A stretch of 64,000 nt of DNA. It comes from an uncultured Clostridia bacterium. Lineage in GTDB: Bacteria; Bacillota; Clostridia; TANB77; CAG-465. This document shows, piece after piece, positions 10,534 through 19,774 of the stretch; within the stretch, counting starts at the first letter, position 1, and every line of letters begins with the position of its first letter. Position numbers and translations under genes: made by a program. The notes under the pieces were generated by a model. It did not search any database and had not been told where the DNA came from. It saw only the letters and a list, made by a program, of their open reading frames with translations. The stretch spans positions 68,290 through 132,289 of the forward strand of contig CAKOYF010000001.1 in NCBI GenBank assembly GCA_934130595.1. Reading direction: 5' to 3'.

Positions 10534-11856
10534 CTATTCCTCCTTACTAACTATACTACTACTTGTTTTTACTGTCATAGAATTAATAGGTAATTCTTTT
10601 ACAAATAGTGTTTGTGATGTTTCGTTTTTATTCATTACTGTATCTATATAAATTGTTATTTGATTGCTATTATAACTTACTTTTGCTCCAGACAAATCAT
10701 AAAGTAGAATATTGTCTTTTGTATCTGATGATTCAATTACTATTTCAAGCTTTGTTCTTACTCTATAATTTTCGCCATCAAAATATACACAAGGCATTTG
10801 AACTGTTGCTTTTCCATTTAGTTTTATATGATTTTGCTTAACATATTCAACATATTCATCTATCATATCTTCATCTAATTGCTCTAATACATATTTTTTT
10901 AGTTTTCTTTTTACTTGTTCTTTGGTTATTGTATTATAATCTACTGTTAAAATATAATTATAATAATTTTCGACATAACTTTTTATTTGACTATAATATT
11001 GTTTGTTATTAGGATAATACTCTATTGGAGATATAAACTTTTCATTATTTTCATTTTTAAGCTCTAATTCATATACATCTTTTTGAACACTTGCTAATGT
11101 ATATGGGTACATATCTGCATTAGTAGGTATTTTTTCTGAATTAATATTTATTTTTGAATTTCCTACTGTTATTGTATTGTATTTTTCAGCAAAATTTACT
11201 ATTAATTCATTTAATTTACCTTTATATAATTTTCTTTTTCCATCAATTCTTTTAGTGTTTACTTCTATTACTCCCGAATTTAACAAATCATAAATTGCTA
11301 GTTGTTGATCTGTGTTATATGCATTTATATCTTTTACATCATAATTTGCTGAAGTATCTGGTTCTATATCTAATATTTTAGCTTTAATGTTATATAACCA
11401 AACTAATACTTCTTGATATTTAACTTTTTCGTCTGCATTAGAAGCGTTAACTTCTTCTCTTGTTACAATTCCTTGTTTTATTGCATATTCTACCCATATT
11501 GCATTTGAGTATGTTTCCTGAGTTGGAAGTGCAATTCCATCTATAGTAGGAACATTGTATAAGCATGATAAAATCATTTTAATTGCTTCAGATTTTGTAA
11601 CTTTATCTTTTGTATTGGCATCCCCATCATTATATACTTGTGAAAAGCCATATATATCCATCTTTTGTTCGTATTTTTTATACTTATTATAATTTATATT
11701 AGCTAAGGTGTAACCTAAATATATCATTACAGCTATAATTATTGCTAGAATAACAGATATTATTGTTACAACAATTCTATGTTTTTTATTACTCTCTTTA
11801 ACTTTTTTCTGTTGTTCTTCTTGATTTTTGTATGACGGAACAAACCCTTCCTCCAT
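10534..11856 (-). CDS. Membrane-anchored extracytoplasmic protein, 440 aa (single TM near residues 28-50).
   Basis: ATG with an AGGAGG RBS. Lies inside the operon. Confidence 0.5.
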   Translation of the reverse strand: MEEGFVPSYKNQEEQQKKVKESNKKHRIVVTIISVILAIIIAVMIYLGYTLANINYNKYKKYEQKMDIYGFSQVYNDGDANTKDKVTKSEAIKMILSCLYNVPTIDGIALPTQETYSNAIWVEYAIKQGIVTREEVNASNADEKVKYQEVLVWLYNIKAKILDIEPDTSANYDVKDINAYNTDQQLAIYDLLNSGVIEVNTKRIDGKRKLYKGKLNELIVNFAEKYNTITVGNSKININSEKIPTNADMYPYTLASVQKDVYELELKNENNEKFISPIEYYPNNKQYYSQIKSYVENYYNYILTVDYNTITKEQVKRKLKKYVLEQLDEDMIDEYVEYVKQNHIKLNGKATVQMPCVYFDGENYRVRTKLEIVIESSDTKDNILLYDLSGAKVSYNSNQITIYIDTVMNKNETSQTLFVKELPINSMTVKTSSSIVSKEE

Positions 11857-11888
11857 TTAGATCACACCTCCTCTTTTTTTATTATACA

Positions 11889-13067
11889 CTATGGATTACA
11901 AATTGGACAAGGATAAAATCCTGTAAATGTTGTCTTAACACCATTTAGCGTACCTGTTGTTACAGATGTAGCCGCTTCTTGTCTAGATGTAACATATCTA
12001 GGTGACATATTCTTTATCTCACTTAGTTTATATTCTGGACAATTTATATCCTTATGATAAAGATTCATTTTTATTTGTGAATCTTTATTCGGTACTGTAA
12101 AGTAATATCTAGTTTTATTTTCTAATGTAGCTGTTCCAAAAGCTTTCGTATTTAGATATTTATTACCTACAGAAATACCTTGTACAAAAGCAATTATTCC
12201 TACACCATCTACCATGTTATATAGTTCATCTTCTGTTGTTGCTGGAAAAGAAAAAGAATATACCACTCCAGCTTGTCTAGCATATAGATTATTTTCATTA
12301 ACAGCATAAGACATCTCATTAGATACTACTTCTGCTATTATTGATGACCTTGTATCTTTCAAATGTGTTACTATTTGTGATTTTAAACTTTGTTTTACCT
12401 CACTATCTACAACACCTGCTACTAATTCATCATTATTATTTGAATCTCCTAAATAAAAACTTTGAGCTTCTATATCTTCATCATATAAGTAATTGTATCC
12501 TCTATGTGTTACTCTATCGTCCATAGTAAACTCAATAGTATGAATTGATACAACATTAGAAGTTTCTGTACCAGGTACCATCTTATACTCTCCATTTGAT
12601 CTTACAATTGAATATGTATATGTAAAATATCTTTTAGGTTTTAAAACTCTTTGAACTGAACTTGTACCATCACTAGCATTTACTGTTTCGTTTTTAGATA
12701 CTCGTACACCATCATATTCAACTACGGCAACAGCAGGAACAAAAAGGTTAAAATATGATTCTGCTGTTTCATTACCTTCTATTCCTAATGTATTATACAT
12801 AGCATTAAAGAAAGAATCTACTCCAACTTTTGCATTTACGTTTATCTTTTTATTGTTTGAATCTGAATATCCATAGTCTATGCTCTTATCTTGGCTTTCT
12901 ACTTGTTTCATTTCATATGCTGCATCTTCTAGAGCTGAATCTATAACTCTTTGATAATACATTTCCATTTCTTCAGCTTTTATTGTAAATGTAACATTGA
13001 TATATAACACTAACATAAACGGTAATATTATTGCTATAAAAACTAAAGCAAAATCTGTTATTTTCAC
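11889..13067 (-). CDS. Membrane-anchored extracytoplasmic protein, 392 aa, N-terminal TM.
   Basis: GTG start with an AGGAGGTG RBS. N-terminal hydrophobic segment ALVFIAIILPFMLVLYI. Confidence 0.5.
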   Translation of the reverse strand: MKITDFALVFIAIILPFMLVLYINVTFTIKAEEMEMYYQRVIDSALEDAAYEMKQVESQDKSIDYGYSDSNNKKINVNAKVGVDSFFNAMYNTLGIEGNETAESYFNLFVPAVAVVEYDGVRVSKNETVNASDGTSSVQRVLKPKRYFTYTYSIVRSNGEYKMVPGTETSNVVSIHTIEFTMDDRVTHRGYNYLYDEDIEAQSFYLGDSNNNDELVAGVVDSEVKQSLKSQIVTHLKDTRSSIIAEVVSNEMSYAVNENNLYARQAGVVYSFSFPATTEDELYNMVDGVGIIAFVQGISVGNKYLNTKAFGTATLENKTRYYFTVPNKDSQIKMNLYHKDINCPEYKLSEIKNMSPRYVTSRQEAATSVTTGTLNGVKTTFTGFYPCPICNP

Positions 13068-13078
13068 CTTTTCACCTC

Positions 13079-14083
13079 CTATATCTCTGGTATAGTAATT
13101 GAACTATTTATTTTTATTACTATTTCTTGTGAACTTGCACTTGCATTTTTAGAGAATTTTCCTTGAATAACATTAGCTGGTAAGAAACATTTAAAATTAT
13201 TGTATTCATTATTTAAGAAATATGTCTTACTCTTAGTGTCATCTAATGTAAATTTAACTATATATTCTCCCTCACCACTTTCTTCAATTGAAGAAGGAGA
13301 TACAAAGCAATTAGGTGCTGTTCCCACAAGTCTTATATTATCTCTTATTTTTCCTACAAGATTTGTATCGTCTGCATTTAATATTTGAACTTTGAATGTT
13401 AAAATTCTATCTTTAGCAACATCAAAACTATATTCTGGATTTCCATTTACATTTGGCTCATTTCCATCTTGTAAATTTATTTTAATCAATATATCACTTT
13501 GATATAATTGGCTTATTTCTGTGTTTTCCCAGTTGTTATTTTTAATAGTTGCTCCATAAGTAATGTTTATTTTTTCCTTACTTGCTCCTCCTACTATAAC
13601 ATTTAATAATGAAGAAGCCATTGTTGTATTAGTATTTTTTACTGTAACATAAAACTTATCTCCTACATCAAGGAAAAAAATATCATTTTTCAAACTATTG
13701 TCTTTGTCTATTATATTACTTGTTTTTCCAGTCTCATCATTAAAAATATCCTTGTTATAATATGATTTATACTGTTCTACATAAGTTTCATTTCCTTCAT
13801 CTGGATTAGTATTTGAAGGATCTACTGTTAATACTTTCTTTTTAGCCTCAACTTGAATATCATATGAGTTTCCAGTTGTACCAAGTCTTTGTATAAATTT
13901 ATCATACATATCTTGGTCTATATAACCATTTTGCGCTACTTCATCTACAAACATTGTAACTGTTTTTAAAGTTAAGTTATATGACATATCATCTTGTCTT
14001 TCAAAATAGTTATATAAAGGAAGAAGTACTAATAATATTACTAAAAATATTACAGCCACAATCATACTAAGTGTATCCTTCAT
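13079..14083 (-). CDS. Large pilin-like (pseudopilin) protein, 334 aa; paralogue of 14992..16563.
   Basis: ATG with an AAGGAGGA RBS. N-terminal hydrophobic helix IVAVIFLVILLVLLPLY, then the shared motif ..DDMSYNLTLK...NGYI..DMYDKFIQRL..T.NSYD seen in 14992..16563. Confidence 0.5.
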   Translation of the reverse strand: MKDTLSMIVAVIFLVILLVLLPLYNYFERQDDMSYNLTLKTVTMFVDEVAQNGYIDQDMYDKFIQRLGTTGNSYDIQVEAKKKVLTVDPSNTNPDEGNETYVEQYKSYYNKDIFNDETGKTSNIIDKDNSLKNDIFFLDVGDKFYVTVKNTNTTMASSLLNVIVGGASKEKINITYGATIKNNNWENTEISQLYQSDILIKINLQDGNEPNVNGNPEYSFDVAKDRILTFKVQILNADDTNLVGKIRDNIRLVGTAPNCFVSPSSIEESGEGEYIVKFTLDDTKSKTYFLNNEYNNFKCFLPANVIQGKFSKNASASSQEIVIKINSSITIPEI

Positions 14084-14098
14084 TTTATTCCTCCTTTT

Positions 14099-14563
14099 TT
14101 ACCACTGCTCTTCAAGTTCTTCATCTGTAGCTTTTATTATATTTATATAAGTTGTATTTTCATTAGTGCTCTTATCTACAGTAAGTATATATTTATTATT
14201 CATACCAATCTTATTTATTGCCTCTTTATATGTTAAAGTTTTGCTATCTAACATAAGTGGTGTTTCATTTTTTGTTGATAAATTAATATTTACCACAACA
14301 TCATTATTAACAGTATCGTCTGAATATCTGTCTTTTTTTATATAATTATAATAATACGATAAAACTTCTTGTCCTGTTAAAATCAAGTGCCTATTTACTT
14401 CTCCTGTTACAGTTACTGCATCATTAGATTGCTGATGCATGTAATCATAAGCTTCATCTGTATAATTCATCAGCGATGAAAATAAGAAAATAGTTAAAGA
14501 TAAAGCTATAACAAAAATCATAGTATATATACCAATGTAAATAGCCTCATTTGCATTTTCCAT
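14099..14563 (-). CDS. Small pilin-like protein, 154 aa, class-III-like signal peptide.
   Basis: ATG with an AGGAGGTG RBS. N-terminus MENANEA|IYIGIYTMIFVIALSL. Confidence 0.5.
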   Translation of the reverse strand: MENANEAIYIGIYTMIFVIALSLTIFLFSSLMNYTDEAYDYMHQQSNDAVTVTGEVNRHLILTGQEVLSYYYNYIKKDRYSDDTVNNDVVVNINLSTKNETPLMLDSKTLTYKEAINKIGMNNKYILTVDKSTNENTTYINIIKATDEELEEQW

Positions 14564-14574
14564 ATTTTCACCTC

Positions 14575-14979
14575 CTATATTTTAGTAAAACTAATTTTTG
14601 TTTTCATTAATCCATCATATTCAACTTCTTCAACTTTTGATTTATATTTGTCTTCATATTTTAAAATGCCATTATTATATTGGTCATTTAGATAATTTAT
14701 TCCATTTTCATCATTAACGCTAAATCCATTGTATTCAACTACAACTAAATTTTCTTTGTAATATTTATTTGCACAATTTATTACATCTAGTCCTGTAACC
14801 TCTGTGTTATCATAAGAAGCATACTTTCCAAATCTAGCTGTTATAGATGTGTCTGTTGAGTTTACTTGTTTATATACTCCTTTCATTTGGGAAAATATAA
14901 ACATTATTCCTGAAATTATAATAACTGTTACAAATATTCCAACGCCAAACATTAATGCTCTATTTGCTGATTCTCCCAA
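14575..14979 (-). CDS. Small pilin-like protein, 134 aa, class-III-like signal peptide.
   Basis: TTG start with an AGGAGGA RBS. N-terminus MGESANRA|LMFGVGIFVTVIIISG. Confidence 0.5.
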   Translation of the reverse strand: MGESANRALMFGVGIFVTVIIISGIMFIFSQMKGVYKQVNSTDTSITARFGKYASYDNTEVTGLDVINCANKYYKENLVVVEYNGFSVNDENGINYLNDQYNNGILKYEDKYKSKVEEVEYDGLMKTKISFTKI

Positions 14980-14991
14980 ATGTTTTTCCTC

Positions 14992-16563
14992 CTATTCTAT
15001 TCCATATCTTTGTTGATCTATTTTAAAGTTTTCTTTTATTTCTTCTTCTGTTAAAGCTCTATCGTATATTCTTACACAATATATAGTTCCTTTAAATTGA
15101 GTATTAGCACCAGCGCCTGCAAGTGGACTTCCACCAATTACTAAGTTAGTGCCTGTTGCAGCATTTACCATTTCAGTATTAAATGGTATACCATCAACAT
15201 TACCATTAATTCCTAATAATTGTGCACTAGTTTCATATGCAAATTTATCTCCACCTAAAGTTAAGTCCATCTTTCCTACAGATCCAGCTATTGAATATAT
15301 TTTATTAGCTTGCATTATTGTACCATCTGAAACAACTGAAGATAAATTATTTCCTGTTTTATTTGTATAAACATCAAAAGATATTTTTCCTCTTTTTGAG
15401 ACACTTGTAGAATTTAATTGGTTAAATACTATTCCAGCGCCTCCATTATTTAAGCAACTTACTATAGATTGTTCTGAAGTGTCAGGATCTGTTACACTAT
15501 CTAACTTCATTACAACTTCTATAGTCATCTCTGAGAAATTAAATTCTTTTAATGATACATACTCTTTTCCTGTAAAATGTAATCCATTGTATATCCATCC
15601 AGATTCATCATTAAAATCAAAACCAGATAATGTGGCATTATTTCCATTACCACTAAGATCTTTCCAAATATTAGCTGAATTTGAATGAACTGTTCCATCA
15701 TTATACTCACCATTTAATAGAACAACAAGTCCGTTTGTAATATATGAGTTAACTAAAGAACTTGTATTTTCAGAACCTGGTGTATTAGTGCTTTCGTTAT
15801 AGTTTTGGTTATCATCATTTACAGTCTTGTCTCTATATGTTTCAGCTTTTACAGTACCTCCGTAATTTACATATATTCTAGTATTATTTTGACTTGATGC
15901 TCCAAAAGTAATTAAATTATATATTACACTTGCCATAGTTGTATTTTTATTTTTTACTATTACGCTAAACTCGTCGCCTTCATTCATTGTATATACTTGA
16001 GTGTTACTTTCTGGCATATATATACTTGTAATTGCAGGTAAATTTCTAAAATCAATACCTTTATATACATCTAGTGATGTTTTTACAGTAAGAGTTCTAT
16101 CTGTTGAACTAATTACATCTAATATTTGCTTCTCATTATATTTTTTTTCAGATAAGTCATAAGCTAGTACTAAATTATTATATGTTCCTGCATTTACTCC
16201 TTCATTTACAACAATTTGGTTATTTTCATATTGTTCTTTATATAAATTATAATCAAATTTTGCTCTAATTGTAGATAAGTCATCTGTATATGAATATATA
16301 ACAGGATTATATTTTTTTGCTGTATGCTCCATATATACATCATAACTATTTTGAGTTACTGCTAGTTTTTTTATAAAATCACTGTACATTTCTGATGTTA
16401 TATAGCCTTTAGCATTAACATTATCAACAAAATCAGTTGTTATTTTTAGTGCTAAGGCATAAGATATATCATCTTTTTTTTCATAAGCTATATATACTGG
16501 CAATATAAAAAGTATAACAACAGCTATTAGTACTGAAACTACTTTTTGTAAAATTCCATCCAT
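14992..16563 (-). CDS. Large pilin-like protein, 523 aa, with a C-terminal LamG/concanavalin-like jelly-roll domain. Candidate lectin-type minor pilin or tip adhesin.
   Basis: ATG with an AAGAGGGG RBS. N-terminal helix VVSVLIAVVILFILPVY. The C-terminal half resembles a LamG-like domain (..WKDLSGNGNNATL.GF.F....W..NGL.F.G..YV...). Confidence 0.5.
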   Translation of the reverse strand: MDGILQKVVSVLIAVVILFILPVYIAYEKKDDISYALALKITTDFVDNVNAKGYITSEMYSDFIKKLAVTQNSYDVYMEHTAKKYNPVIYSYTDDLSTIRAKFDYNLYKEQYENNQIVVNEGVNAGTYNNLVLAYDLSEKKYNEKQILDVISSTDRTLTVKTSLDVYKGIDFRNLPAITSIYMPESNTQVYTMNEGDEFSVIVKNKNTTMASVIYNLITFGASSQNNTRIYVNYGGTVKAETYRDKTVNDDNQNYNESTNTPGSENTSSLVNSYITNGLVVLLNGEYNDGTVHSNSANIWKDLSGNGNNATLSGFDFNDESGWIYNGLHFTGKEYVSLKEFNFSEMTIEVVMKLDSVTDPDTSEQSIVSCLNNGGAGIVFNQLNSTSVSKRGKISFDVYTNKTGNNLSSVVSDGTIMQANKIYSIAGSVGKMDLTLGGDKFAYETSAQLLGINGNVDGIPFNTEMVNAATGTNLVIGGSPLAGAGANTQFKGTIYCVRIYDRALTEEEIKENFKIDQQRYGIE

Positions 16564-16564
16564 A

Positions 16565-17032
16565 TTATACCCCTCTTATTGTTATTACTTTAGATCCTAA
16601 ATCAGTATCTACATCTTCTACGCTAATTGTAAAATCCTGATTATCCATAATATATCTCAAAGCTCTATTATATGAGCTTTCTCTAATGTTCATTTCTTTT
16701 GAATCCATTACAACTGAATCTAATATTTGAATATTTCCATTTTTATCTAAATACTTAATATTATATGCATTAACGCTAACATTAACGTTATCCTCATAAT
16801 AATTAAAAAGATTAATTACACTAGTTCCTTTAATGTAATTTCCAGTATTACTCATAAGAAGAGTAGATTCAATATCATGTCTATAGATATTTCCAAAGTT
16901 TTTACCTGAACCAGCATTTTTTACTATATTTAAACTTGAATTAAAAAATATTATAATTGCTGATACAGTCATAACTCCAACTAATGTTGTAACACCTATC
17001 ATTATTGCTTTTGATAGATTGTCCTCATCCAT
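16565..17032 (-). CDS. Small pilin-like protein, 155 aa, class-III-like signal peptide.
   Basis: ATG with a GAAAGGAGGAG RBS. N-terminus MDEDNLSKA|IMIGVTTLVGVMTVSAIIIF. Confidence 0.5.
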   Translation of the reverse strand: MDEDNLSKAIMIGVTTLVGVMTVSAIIIFFNSSLNIVKNAGSGKNFGNIYRHDIESTLLMSNTGNYIKGTSVINLFNYYEDNVNVSVNAYNIKYLDKNGNIQILDSVVMDSKEMNIRESSYNRALRYIMDNQDFTISVEDVDTDLGSKVITIRGV

Positions 17033-17117
17033 TCTACTCTCCTCCTTTCGTTATATAAACATATGTTAAAGCATATATTTTGATACACTCTAAAATATGT
17101 CTATATATAATGTTCAA

Positions 17118-17143
17118 GGTATATAACTAAAAAATTATATACC
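17118..17143 (-). terminator. Intergenic stem-loop (9 bp stem) directly downstream of the first pilin gene. Possible partial terminator or attenuator.
   Basis: GGTATATAA-ctaaaaaa-TTATATACC. No clean U-tract. Confidence 0.3.
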
Positions 17144-17171
17144 CTGAAATTATTCATAATTTATATATCTT

Positions 17172-17660
17172 TTATTTTTCTCTAGTAAATAATATTCCTA
17201 ATACAACGTCTCCACTTGTGCTTTTAATAAGTTGTGCTTTATATCTGGCAGAAGCTGGTACATATGTAGAAGTGTTAGAGCTATCAGATAAAGTACTTAC
17301 TTTAGCTTGTGCATGACTTGAATCATAGCTTAAAGCTTTGTCTATTGAAACTGTTCCGTTTCCTCTAACTTTTCCTAGTTCAAGTATATCTCCACCAACA
17401 ATTGGTTGAACTTCAAGGATCATACTTTGATCTGTATTATATAATTGAACTGTAGAAACAACTTTTGCTCCTGTAACTACAACATCATCATATTCTTGTG
17501 TTAGTTGTTGTTGTAGTGCATCAGATAAATTTGTAACTTTGTTTGTTGCATTGTTAATTAAGTTTATAGCTGGATTAACTATTAACATTACAGCAGCTAT
17601 AATTAAAATTGTTACAAATAATCCAACACCTATCATTATTGCTTTTTGTGCATTATCCAT
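17172..17660 (-). CDS. Pilin-like protein, 162 aa, class-III-like signal peptide. First pilin gene after the platform gene, so a candidate major subunit.
   Basis: ATG with an AAGGAGGAATATAA RBS. N-terminus MDNAQKA|IMIGVGLFVTILIIAAVMLIV, archaellin-like (compare A.GIGTLIVFIA). Confidence 0.55.
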   Translation of the reverse strand: MDNAQKAIMIGVGLFVTILIIAAVMLIVNPAINLINNATNKVTNLSDALQQQLTQEYDDVVVTGAKVVSTVQLYNTDQSMILEVQPIVGGDILELGKVRGNGTVSIDKALSYDSSHAQAKVSTLSDSSNTSTYVPASARYKAQLIKSTSGDVVLGILFTREK

Positions 17661-17715
17661 TTATATTCCTCCTTTACACAATTATATTAAAACATCTTCT
17701 TTCAGATGGTTTAAA

Positions 17716-19770
17716 CTAAAACGCCATTTGACTAAAATAATTTAACATTTGTAGTATACTTACTATTAATAGTGGTGCTACTAAATATCCACCTATTAGC
17801 AAGACCATAGGAGTAAATCCTAAAACCTGTCCTATAGAAGCTTTTCTTTTAACTAGATTTTCATTTGCATCTTTTCTCTTTTCATAGAAAAATGCTCTTT
17901 CTGTTTCTAACTCATCAAAAGCTGCTTTTACAGGTATTCTTGTTACAGCAGATTCCAATTGTTCAATTATTCTCTGGAAATCTTTGTTTGGAACTGAATC
18001 TTTTAGCTCTTCAAGTGCTTCTTCAGCTCCTGCTTCATAGTTATTTAAGCATGTTGCTATTGGTTCTCTAAATGCGTATGAGAATCTACATAGCCACTCT
18101 AATATTGTCTGTACATCTACTCTATCAATGTGCATAAGCATTAAAATTATTGACTGAAATTGCATTATTTCATTTTCTTTATCCATTTTTCTTACACTAT
18201 TTTTTATAGTTAAGATTAAATTTGGTATATGATATGCTATCACTGCAACACCTAATGCTATTAAAACATGCCAAAACTTAATATATGAATCATTTATTGT
18301 TGTTATTTTATCATAAATTCTATCTACAGCATCAGTATCAACAGTTCCTGTAGATTTATCTGTTAGACTTTCAGCTAATTCTTCTTTAGATACATTTTTA
18401 TTCTTGTATTTTTGAATATATCCTAAGTCAAATTTTGCTATTTCATCTGCTGCAGCTTGATCTTCTGTACTTAGTTTTCCAAGAGATAAGAACTCATTAC
18501 TTAGTTTTGTATAAGCTGCATTTTTAGTTATAATATTCATATTTAATATTAAAAATATTGTAAGTACAAAACCTATAAGTGCATAAGTTAATTTATTTAC
18601 ATATAGCCACTCTATGGTTAAATATGAATTTGTATCTTTTATTAAATTAACTTCTTTTTTATATTTAGCTGTATGTTGCCTTGTTTTAAAAGCATCTACA
18701 ATGGTTCTTACAAAATTTATTTTATATAATTTTTCTTGCCATTTTACTTTTGAAACTCTATCAAATTTTATTTCTTCTCCATCTTCTCTTAAAACTCTAA
18801 GTAAGATGTATGACATAAATATTGATATTATAATTAATGATTGCATCACAAATCCTATACTACTACTATAAAAATTCGATAGTGCAGCAAAGTTATTTGT
18901 AGCCCATGATTCAATAGGTTTAATAAATATAAGTGGTATAACAGCTATTACTGTTAAACTTCTAAAAGTATTTTTTAATTTGTCTTGTTTTAATATTTCA
19001 AGATATATTTCATTTAATATATTATTTAGATTTTTTAGGTAGATAGATGTATCTTCTATTTTTCTATCACCTAATTCATATGTTAAAAATGAAATTCCTG
19101 CAAATAATTTTAAGAATCTATTTGGAGCAGTATCATAATATCTTTCAAGCTCAACTTCTGGCTGATCAGATATTATTGCTTCTCTTATTCTTTTTAGTTG
19201 TGGAGCAATTTCTTTCTCACTCATTTCATCTATAGTATCAGATAATGCTTCATCAACCATTCCATGCTCATGAAAAGCATGTCTTAGTGTAGTAAACGCT
19301 TCTGGCATCTGTCTTAATATTTTATTTGAAACAGATGTAATTGTTATATCTGTAACTTTTTCTACGACAATAATAAGTCCTATCATTATTATTAATGTCA
19401 TATATAAATCATTTACTACATTTACAAATATTGCTAAAGCCACAAACATAACAATCAACGTCAAAGTCATTAGTCTACCTGTATTTCTTCTAAGTTCATA
19501 CTCAGAATAATCATTTGACATTTCATATTTTAGTCTTATTTTTTTAGCATAATATTTGATTAACGGCATTTTTACAAAAGTCATATACATTACTTGGTAT
19601 AATTTATCAAAAGTCTCTTTAAAATTAACTTTATTTTTTACAACTAATGTATCTTTTGCTTGTAAAATTGAATTGTTACTATACCTTCTTTTTAATACAG
19701 CATAATAAATTAACAAACTTGCAAGGCCAATTACAGATACAACAACTAATGCAATTGCTATATTTGTCAC
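17716..19770 (-). CDS. Inner-membrane platform protein of the GspF/TadB-TadC family, 684 aa. Fused two-domain architecture, as in archaeal TadC/FlaJ.
   Basis: GTG start with a GGAGGTG RBS, 5 nt after the ATPase stop. About 7-8 predicted TM helices arranged as two blocks, each followed by a large cytoplasmic domain. Confidence 0.6.
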   Translation of the reverse strand: MTNIAIALVVVSVIGLASLLIYYAVLKRRYSNNSILQAKDTLVVKNKVNFKETFDKLYQVMYMTFVKMPLIKYYAKKIRLKYEMSNDYSEYELRRNTGRLMTLTLIVMFVALAIFVNVVNDLYMTLIIMIGLIIVVEKVTDITITSVSNKILRQMPEAFTTLRHAFHEHGMVDEALSDTIDEMSEKEIAPQLKRIREAIISDQPEVELERYYDTAPNRFLKLFAGISFLTYELGDRKIEDTSIYLKNLNNILNEIYLEILKQDKLKNTFRSLTVIAVIPLIFIKPIESWATNNFAALSNFYSSSIGFVMQSLIIISIFMSYILLRVLREDGEEIKFDRVSKVKWQEKLYKINFVRTIVDAFKTRQHTAKYKKEVNLIKDTNSYLTIEWLYVNKLTYALIGFVLTIFLILNMNIITKNAAYTKLSNEFLSLGKLSTEDQAAADEIAKFDLGYIQKYKNKNVSKEELAESLTDKSTGTVDTDAVDRIYDKITTINDSYIKFWHVLIALGVAVIAYHIPNLILTIKNSVRKMDKENEIMQFQSIILMLMHIDRVDVQTILEWLCRFSYAFREPIATCLNNYEAGAEEALEELKDSVPNKDFQRIIEQLESAVTRIPVKAAFDELETERAFFYEKRKDANENLVKRKASIGQVLGFTPMVLLIGGYLVAPLLIVSILQMLNYFSQMAF

Positions 19771-19774
19771 TTTA

